Origin: Clostridiales bacterium
GTDB taxonomy: Bacteria > Bacillota > Clostridia > Oscillospirales > CAG-272
Assembly (NCBI GenBank): GCA_016281775.1
Contig: JAEEJH010000127.1
Location: forward strand, 1 to 56,732
Direction: 5' to 3'
DNA length: 56,732 nucleotides
The translations under genes were made by a program, and so were the position numbers. Shown here piece by piece: positions 50,405 through 56,732 of this stretch. The notes under the pieces are model-generated. The model did not search any database and was not told the origin of the DNA. It worked only from the letters and a program-made list of their open reading frames with translations. Each line of letters begins with the position of its first letter. Position 1 is the first letter of the stretch.

Positions 50405-50443
50405 AAAACAGGCCGAAAACGTAAAATTCGGTCTGTTTTGTTT
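50405..50443 (+). terminator. Intrinsic terminator
   Basis: AAAACAGGCCGAA/TTCGGTCTGTTTT stem with T-rich tail. Confidence 0.75.
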
Positions 50444-50552
50444 ATTTTCGTGCAAAATCACACGGAAAAATTTATTTAGAAAAAATTTACGACTAATTCA
50501 ATTAAATATTTTTTTATATGTTATAATGAAGAAAAAACCTACGGAGGCTATC

Positions 50553-50774
50553 ATGGCAGAGCTTAGATTTGAGATCAAAAAGAATTTCGGCTGTATATCG
50601 GATGAAAAGGGCGGCTGGGCAAAAGAGCTCAATCTCGTGAGCTGGAACGGCAACGATCCCAAATACGATCTTCGTTCGTGGGACGATTCGCATGAAAAAA
50701 TGGGCAAAGGCATAACTCTTTCGGAAGAAGAGATCAAAAAACTGCGCGATCTTCTCAATTCAATCGAGATCTGA
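50553..50774 (+). CDS. YdbC/PC4-like ssDNA-binding protein
   Basis: Start revised to 50553 (RBS GGAGG); GWAKELNLVSWNG..KYDLRSW..KMGKGITLS.EE. Confidence 0.9.
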   Translation: MAELRFEIKKNFGCISDEKGGWAKELNLVSWNGNDPKYDLRSWDDSHEKMGKGITLSEEEIKKLRDLLNSIEI

Positions 50775-50790
50775 TTACCGGCATTACTTA

Positions 50791-51633
50791 ATGAATAAAA
50801 AAAGCAAACGCTTCATATTCCACAGCAAAGAAGCGGAGATCAAAGACGGCAAGCTGAGAAAGAACATAGTTTGGACCGTCTTTATTTCCGCTGTTTTGTT
50901 GCCCCTTCTGACCGAGGGGGTACTGTCTGTCGTACTTCAGTATACCGACGGCGATATAACGCTCACCGCGCTCGATACGGTACTGCGCTATCTCGTCGTT
51001 ATATTGCGTTACGCGGCTTTGTTCACATCATACGCCGCGGCAGCGGTCGGACTCGTGAATTACGGCTACGCCGGATTCAAAGCGCCGGTACTGCTTCTTC
51101 TGCTCGGCAGTTTCGTTTATTATATGGTCGCTTCGTTCGGTTCTTATATATTCTGTTACGAAAACGGGCTGATCGTCACCGAATCGAGCGTTGACGTATA
51201 TGAAGCCGGATTCAGTTATTTTTTCCTGTTCATCTATTCGCTTATCAAAAATATCGCTCTTTCGGTGATCTGCCGCAGATTCGCGGTTCGCGCCGAAAAG
51301 AAAAATCTGCCGCTCAAGTCGCCGGACGAAAGCTGCCGCGAAAACTGCAAAGGTTTTCTGCCGTTCTTTAAAACGGCGCTCGGCAAAACGAATATTTTCC
51401 GTAAGATATGCGTATACGCCGCGCTGTTTGAGCTTTTGTTCTCGTTTACCGTACAGTTCTTCACCTACACACTGTTTCAGATACTCGCGGACGGCGCTCC
51501 AGAAAACGCCGAGCAGTTCTGGATACTCTTCTCCTCCTACTCGCTGATAATACCCGGATGTATACTCGGGTTCTTTGTGATGAGCGCGGTTTGCTTGCTT
51601 TTGTCGCTGCAAAAGCCGGAGAAGAAACTGTAA
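50791..51633 (+). CDS. Hypothetical polytopic membrane protein
   Basis: About 6 hydrophobic segments; no recognised family. Confidence 0.7.
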   Translation: MNKKSKRFIFHSKEAEIKDGKLRKNIVWTVFISAVLLPLLTEGVLSVVLQYTDGDITLTALDTVLRYLVVILRYAALFTSYAAAAVGLVNYGYAGFKAPVLLLLLGSFVYYMVASFGSYIFCYENGLIVTESSVDVYEAGFSYFFLFIYSLIKNIALSVICRRFAVRAEKKNLPLKSPDESCRENCKGFLPFFKTALGKTNIFRKICVYAALFELLFSFTVQFFTYTLFQILADGAPENAEQFWILFSSYSLIIPGCILGFFVMSAVCLLLSLQKPEKKL

Positions 51634-51680
51634 TAAAAAGGACAACCCTCGCATATGATCGTACAGATCGATATGCGAGG
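51633..51680 (+). promoter_or_regulatory. sigmaE-like promoter and RBS-occluding hairpin upstream of spoIIID
   Basis: ATA (51633), 16 nt spacer, CATATGAT (51652-51659); CCTCGCATAT 51647-51656 pairs with ATATGCGAGG 51671-51680. Confidence 0.55.
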
Positions 51681-51688
51681 TGATTTTT

Positions 51689-51961
51689 TTGTATAACGGA
51701 TTAAAAAGCAGATGCGTTGTACTCGGCCAGTACATAGTCGAACACGACGCTACCGTCAGAGAGGCCGCCGCGGTCTACGGCGTATCGAAATCGACGGTAC
51801 ACAAAGACGTGAGAGAAAAACTGAGATACGAAAACCTCTCGCTCTGGCGGCAGGTCTGTCTCGTGCTTGAAAAGAACAAGGCCGAGCGGCATCTGCGCGG
51901 AGGCGAGGCGACGCGGCTCAAATATGAGCGCTGCCGCTCATCTGCCGGCGTCGACGAGTGA
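51689..51961 (+). CDS. spoIIID: Sporulation transcriptional regulator SpoIIID
   Basis: Start revised to TTG 51689 (RBS GAGGTG); YIVE..ATVR..YGVSKSTVHKDV..NKAERHLRGGEAT..KY. Confidence 0.93.
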   Translation: MYNGLKSRCVVLGQYIVEHDATVREAAAVYGVSKSTVHKDVREKLRYENLSLWRQVCLVLEKNKAERHLRGGEATRLKYERCRSSAGVDE

Positions 51962-53212
51962 CGCGAGCATCAGCGCCGCGGCTGAACGCGTAAGCGGTTC
52001 GTTCTCCGCTTTCCCGTCTTTTCTGATCTTCGCTCCGAGCGCTTCGACGATCGCCTCGGCTTCGCCGACCGTGACGGTCGACGTCGGGCGCAGAAGCTTT
52101 ACGCCTTCGTACTCTTCGGCTTCGACAACGCCCGCCGACATCGCGGTGACGACGTAGCCCTTCTGCACCTGTGTGAGCTTGTCTTCGTCGTACAGTCCGG
52201 TATTCTGCGAGGCGAGCAGATTCGGAGAATAGCCGGCCGCCGTCATCGCCATAACGATGAAATCGGCGCGGCTGACCGTCTTATCCGGCTCGAACCGCAT
52301 CGTGCCGGCGACGTTTTCGCCGGTCAGTATGCCTTTTTCGGACAGGAGCAGCGCCGCGTATTCGTATTCGGTGCCTACGGCGTCGGCGTAGACGGTATCG
52401 TTATATCTCTTCTCTACCTTGACCGAGACGGTTGCCGGTTCGCTCTCGGCGCCGTAGCGGTCGTACGCGGCGTAAGAAAAACTGTCTTTGCCCCTGAAAC
52501 CGTCGTCGGGAACGTAGACGTACGACAGATCTGAATTGACGGTAAGTCTGCCGTGAGACGGCTGTTTGATCACGCGCACGCCGGGCGTGCCGCCGTCGGG
52601 ATCGGACGCGTCAAGGACGCCGCAGGAGCACGTATCAGTTTTCGTATAAGTCTTTGAAGACGCCGCGGTCGGAGCGGCGTTTTCTTCTCTTAAAAGATAA
52701 ATTTCGCACTCGACCCCGTCGCCGCCGTTGACAGAAAAGACGAATTTTGCGCCCTCTGATGAACCGCTCGATAAGAAACGGAGCTTGTCAGCCATCTGTG
52801 GCGGCAGTCTCTGCCCGGCGAATGCGTCGAGAGCGCCGGCTTTGAGCACGCCCGTCGAAACGTCCGGCACGCTTATAACGGTGAGCGTGCTGACGACGCC
52901 GTTTTCGGCGTATTGCTGAAAGTCAGAAAGGGAGAATTCCGCTTTGCCGGTCGAGGTGGTTTTTATGAGTTTTCTGTTGTGTCTGATGATGTCGATGCCG
53001 TATGATAAAGACGGCGTGCGTTTTATCGCCTCTTCCGCTTTATCTTCTTTCTGCGCCGTTTGAGTCTGCGCCGCCGGATAAACTATGCCGACCGACGCGT
53101 CGCCCGGCGCTCTGCCTGTCGGCACGTCGTCCGCGCTGACTGCCGTAACGCAGGATAACGTTAAAAAAACCGACAGAAATACCGTAAACGCTGTTTTTCT
53201 TCTGATTTGCAT
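51938..53212 (-). CDS. Secreted protein with an Ig/cadherin-like domain and SLH (S-layer homology) repeats
   Basis: Signal peptide; DASDPDG..QPSHG.L..YVYVPDDGFRGKDSFSY; GILTGE..FEPDKTVSRADF; LTRSAAA; start 53212 (alternative 53230). Confidence 0.8.
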   Translation of the reverse strand: MQIRRKTAFTVFLSVFLTLSCVTAVSADDVPTGRAPGDASVGIVYPAAQTQTAQKEDKAEEAIKRTPSLSYGIDIIRHNRKLIKTTSTGKAEFSLSDFQQYAENGVVSTLTVISVPDVSTGVLKAGALDAFAGQRLPPQMADKLRFLSSGSSEGAKFVFSVNGGDGVECEIYLLREENAAPTAASSKTYTKTDTCSCGVLDASDPDGGTPGVRVIKQPSHGRLTVNSDLSYVYVPDDGFRGKDSFSYAAYDRYGAESEPATVSVKVEKRYNDTVYADAVGTEYEYAALLLSEKGILTGENVAGTMRFEPDKTVSRADFIVMAMTAAGYSPNLLASQNTGLYDEDKLTQVQKGYVVTAMSAGVVEAEEYEGVKLLRPTSTVTVGEAEAIVEALGAKIRKDGKAENEPLTRSAAALMLASLVDAGR

Positions 53213-53300
53213 GATCACGCTTCCTTTCATTTGTTTGACGTGATTTTCGACGAAATTATATTAAAATAATCCGTTCGCATTGTTAATTTTCATTAAAACA

Positions 53301-53329
53301 TTGACAATTCTCCGCTTACCCGTTATAAT
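53301..53329 (+). promoter_or_regulatory. sigmaA promoter
   Basis: TTGACA 53301-53306, 17 nt spacer, TATAAT 53324-53329. Confidence 0.85.
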
Positions 53330-53360
53330 AGATATAACGATAAAAGAAAGGGATAATAAT

Positions 53361-55451
53361 ATGAGACCGGATGATCATATCAAAGAGAAAAACTGTTTCG
53401 TATTCAAAAACGTTTGCCTCGACGGGATACGCGGAGTAAAAGCGCGGTTCATGCACTCGCTCAACACCTCGAAGGGCGACGTATACGTCGACTCGCCCGA
53501 AAACGGACGTCATATCGGCGTGGTCATGTTCTCAAACGGCACGCCCGAAGACGAATGCCGTACCGAGATCGATGAAGTTTCAGGCGTTCACGACGTTTAT
53601 ATAAAGGTTTCCGGAACGGCTGTGATAACAGATCTGGAATTCACGGCGGATTCGCCGTTCGATACCGTTTCGTACGTACCCGTGCCGGAATCGAAGATCA
53701 TAGACAACGGCCACGACACCTGGGAAGCGACCGACATGCTCGGCAGAAAAGTGCCGTCGGTCGAAGACGTCGGCGCGAAAAAGCCGGAACGCAAGGTCGG
53801 CATATTCTACTGGACGTGGAGAGAGCACGCCGTGGGTCTGTACCCGGTGAACGTGTCGAAGCTGCTCGACGAATTTCCCGCCGCCGAATATAACAGAAAG
53901 CATCCCGGCTGGACGGACAAGCCGATTCAGCCGCACTGGGGCGAACCGAGATTCGGTTTCTACCGCAATTCCGACCCGTACGTGATACGCCACCACGCGG
54001 CTATGCTGTCGGACGCGGGAGTCGATTTTCTGCTCTTCGACTGCACGAACGGCGCGCTTCTGTGGCGCGACGCGTACGAGCCGCTGCTTCAGGGCTTCAG
54101 GGCGGCGCGGGAGGACGGCATAGACGTGCCGAAGATCGCGTTCATGCTCAATTTCGGTCCGTGTGAAACGACCGAATTCATGCTACGCGCGCTTTATCAG
54201 GACGTTTACAAGCCCGGCAAATATTCGGATATGTGGTTCATGCTCGACGGAAAACCGATGGTAATGGCTTATAAAGAATCGCTCAACGTCACGCCTAAAT
54301 CGGAATTCGAGGCAAAACAGCTTGAAGATATAAAGAATACGTTCGCTTTCCGCGCCGGTCAACCGCTTTACGGCAGAGAGCGCGGCGGTCCGCGCCGTCC
54401 CGATCACTGGGGCTGGCTCGAGATATTCCCTCAGAACAAATACGGCGTGCGTGAAGACGGATCGTGCGAGATGATGACCGTCGGCGTAGGGCAGAACGCG
54501 AACGATCAGATGATCTGCACGCATTTCAACAACCGCGCAACGTACGGCAGAAGCTATACGAAGAAATTCGGGCATAAGCTGCTCACGAAGGATTCGTATA
54601 AATACGGCTATAACGTTCAGGAGCAGTGGGAACGCGCGCTCGACGTAGGGCCCGACAACGTGTTCGTCACCGGCTGGAACGAATGGATGATGGGGCTTTT
54701 CAAAGAACCGTGGGTACAGGATCCCGATTCGACTCAGCTTGCGATGGTCGACCAGTACGACCGCGAGCACAGCCGCGATATAGAACCGGATAAAGACGGT
54801 TATCTCGATACGTATTATCTGCAGCTCGCCGCGAACATCCGCCGTTTCAAAGGCGCGAAGCAGAGGCAGAAGCCTTCCGAGCCGAAGACGGTCGGCTGTT
54901 TCGGCTGTTTTGATAACGTGTACCCGTATTACAGAGCCGACAAGGGCATGACGATACACCGCGACTGGCCCGGCTTCGGCGGCTGCTATTACAAAAACGA
55001 CAGCGGCAGAAACGACATAGTAGGCGCGAAGGTGGCGCGTAACGACGAATTCGTTTGGTTTTACGCTGAATGTTCGTCCGACATAACGCCGCCGGCAGAA
55101 CAAGGCTGGATGACGGTTTATATCGATACGGACAGAAGCAAAAAGACCGGATGGGAAGGCTACGATATCGCGATAAACCGCACGGCGCCCGTTGACGGAG
55201 TGACCGCGGTCGAAAGATACGCGCCCACCGCCGATCCCAAGTCTTTCACCTGGGAAAAGATCGGGCAAGCCGAGATTAAGGTCGAAGGCAATAAAATAAT
55301 GTATAAAGTGCCGCGCAAGCTGATATCCGGAGGCAAGCTCAACTTCGAATTCAAATGCAGCGACAATATGGTAAACGCCGACGCGATGGACTTTTACGAA
55401 AACGGCAGTTCCGCGCCGCTCGGCAGATTCAACTATTTATTCAAGGAGTAA
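53361..55451 (+). CDS. GH99/GH71-like glycoside hydrolase with an N-terminal CBM6-like domain
   Basis: Start revised to 53361 (the ORF-track start lies upstream of the promoter); VGIFYWTW, WGEPRFGFY, AGVDFLLFDCTN, VTGWNEW, SRDIEP; no signal peptide. Confidence 0.68.
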   Translation: MRPDDHIKEKNCFVFKNVCLDGIRGVKARFMHSLNTSKGDVYVDSPENGRHIGVVMFSNGTPEDECRTEIDEVSGVHDVYIKVSGTAVITDLEFTADSPFDTVSYVPVPESKIIDNGHDTWEATDMLGRKVPSVEDVGAKKPERKVGIFYWTWREHAVGLYPVNVSKLLDEFPAAEYNRKHPGWTDKPIQPHWGEPRFGFYRNSDPYVIRHHAAMLSDAGVDFLLFDCTNGALLWRDAYEPLLQGFRAAREDGIDVPKIAFMLNFGPCETTEFMLRALYQDVYKPGKYSDMWFMLDGKPMVMAYKESLNVTPKSEFEAKQLEDIKNTFAFRAGQPLYGRERGGPRRPDHWGWLEIFPQNKYGVREDGSCEMMTVGVGQNANDQMICTHFNNRATYGRSYTKKFGHKLLTKDSYKYGYNVQEQWERALDVGPDNVFVTGWNEWMMGLFKEPWVQDPDSTQLAMVDQYDREHSRDIEPDKDGYLDTYYLQLAANIRRFKGAKQRQKPSEPKTVGCFGCFDNVYPYYRADKGMTIHRDWPGFGGCYYKNDSGRNDIVGAKVARNDEFVWFYAECSSDITPPAEQGWMTVYIDTDRSKKTGWEGYDIAINRTAPVDGVTAVERYAPTADPKSFTWEKIGQAEIKVEGNKIMYKVPRKLISGGKLNFEFKCSDNMVNADAMDFYENGSSAPLGRFNYLFKE

Positions 55452-55455
55452 GACA

Positions 55456-56109
55456 ATGAAAAGGATAATATCTTTATTTCTCATAATTTTGACGGCGGTA
55501 TCTCTTCTCTCGTGCGGCGATACCGGCAAACCTGCGGATACGGCGGAACCGGTAAAGGCGCCCGAAACGCAGCAGACTTTCGACGTCACGACCAAAGAGA
55601 AGATCAATATACGCATTACTTTCGCCGACGGCAGGTTCATGGAAGCGGAGCTTTATCCGAATATAGCGCCGATCACGGTACAGAATTTCGTAGATCTCTG
55701 CACGTCGGGCTTCTACGACGGGCTGATCTTCCACCGCGTCATAGAGAACTTCATGATCCAGGGCGGCGACCCGAACGGCAACGGTACGGGCGGCTCGGGC
55801 AAGATGATAAAAGGCGAATTTTCGGCAAACGGCGTCAAAAACGATCTCAAGCACACTAAGGGCGTGCTCTCGATGGCGCGGCGCGGCAAAGATTCTTCGG
55901 GCAATATGAATTACGACAGCGCAACGTCGCAGTTCTTTATCGTTTCCGCTGAATCGTATCCGTCGCTCGACGGTCAGTACGCGGCTTTCGGCAAACTAAC
56001 CTCTGGCTATAAGCTTTTGGCGGAGCTTTCCAAAGTCCCGACAGACGAAAACGATAAACCGCTTACCGATATAGTCATAAGCAGTATCAGAATTATTGAA
56101 GGAGAATGA
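55456..56109 (+). CDS. Lipoprotein cyclophilin-type peptidyl-prolyl isomerase
   Basis: Lipobox LLSC; APITVQNF, FHRVIENFMIQGGDP, LSMAR, SQFFI, LDGQYAAFG. Confidence 0.92.
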   Translation: MKRIISLFLIILTAVSLLSCGDTGKPADTAEPVKAPETQQTFDVTTKEKINIRITFADGRFMEAELYPNIAPITVQNFVDLCTSGFYDGLIFHRVIENFMIQGGDPNGNGTGGSGKMIKGEFSANGVKNDLKHTKGVLSMARRGKDSSGNMNYDSATSQFFIVSAESYPSLDGQYAAFGKLTSGYKLLAELSKVPTDENDKPLTDIVISSIRIIEGE

Positions 56110-56582
56110 AAATGGTAGTCATCGAAATGGAAAACGGCGGCGTGATGGAGCTTGAGCTTTACCCCGAAAAAGCGCCTCTGACGGTAAAGAATTTTGAAAA
56201 ACTCGTATCGAGCGGATTTTACGACGGGCTCGGCTTTCACCGTATAATAAAAGGTTTTATGATACAGGGCGGCGACCCGAAGGGCAACGGTACGGGCGGT
56301 CCCGGCTGGACGATAAAGGGCGAATTCAAAGCGAACGGCGTAAATAACGATCTCAAACACACACGCGGCGTGATCTCTATGGCGAGATCCATGGCGCCCG
56401 ATTCGGCAGGTTCGCAGTTCTTCATCATGCACGCGGACGCACCGCATCTTGACGGTCAGTACGCGGCTTTCGGCAAGCTCGTATCGGGCTACGACGTGCT
56501 CGACGAAATAGCGGACGTCAAAACCGGCTGGAGAGACGAACCGTACGAACCTCAGATAATGAAAAAAGTTTACATAAAATAA
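56106..56582 (+). CDS. Cytoplasmic cyclophilin-type peptidyl-prolyl isomerase
   Basis: APLTVKNF, FHRIIKGFMIQGGDP, ISMARS, SAGSQFFI, HLDGQYAAFG. Confidence 0.95.
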   Translation: MKMVVIEMENGGVMELELYPEKAPLTVKNFEKLVSSGFYDGLGFHRIIKGFMIQGGDPKGNGTGGPGWTIKGEFKANGVNNDLKHTRGVISMARSMAPDSAGSQFFIMHADAPHLDGQYAAFGKLVSGYDVLDEIADVKTGWRDEPYEPQIMKKVYIK

Positions 56583-56591
56583 GGAGCGGTT

Positions 56592-56732
56592 ATGAAATAC
56601 GGAATTCAGCTTTACAGTATGAGAGATCTTGCCGAGCGCGATCTTGAAGCGGCAATAGCCGAAGCCTCTCACATCGGCTACAAAATGATAGAATTCGCCG
56701 GATTTTTCGGCAGAACGCCCGAGCAGATAACG
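56592..56732 (+). CDS. Partial sugar phosphate isomerase/epimerase (xylose isomerase-like TIM barrel)
   Basis: Hand translation MKYGIQLYSMRD..IGYKMIEFAGFFG; RBS AAGGAG; truncated by the window end. Confidence 0.8.
   Translation, partial: MKYGIQLYSMRDLAERDLEAAIAEASHIGYKMIEFAGFFGRTPEQIT

Overview
Chromosomal window from a spore-forming Clostridia-like Firmicute (spoIIID, sigmaF/sigmaE-like promoters, an SLH protein, many near-perfect TTGACA-17-TATAAT promoters). No rRNA, tRNA, CRISPR array, integrase, transposase or phage gene was recognised. Contents: a nitrogen-assimilation cluster (split glutamate synthase divergent from type III glnA, an Amt-PII fusion and asnB); a GH84 lipoprotein; gltX-SGNH-glnS; an accessory block at about 15.6-23.7 kb (XRE regulators, a membrane Ser/Thr kinase, three zinc-ribbon membrane proteins, and a SLOG-Bcp-GAP1-like operon); rbfA-mnmG-split transketolase-serS; two ECF sigma/anti-sigma pairs; alr; tig-clpP-clpX; two glycoside hydrolases; tandem cyclophilins. 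Best leads: (1) twin single-hairpin ANTAR-like antiterminator leaders on the divergent nitrogen operons; (2) the kinase/zinc-ribbon/GAP1-like block, which has no GTPase partner in the window and has a promoter running antisense through an XRE gene; (3) a roughly 400 bp highly structured intergenic element at 36.6-37.0 kb; (4) an RBS-occluding hairpin before spoIIID. All family assignments come from motif recognition by eye, not database searches. Several start codons were revised from the ORF track using RBS and promoter context.
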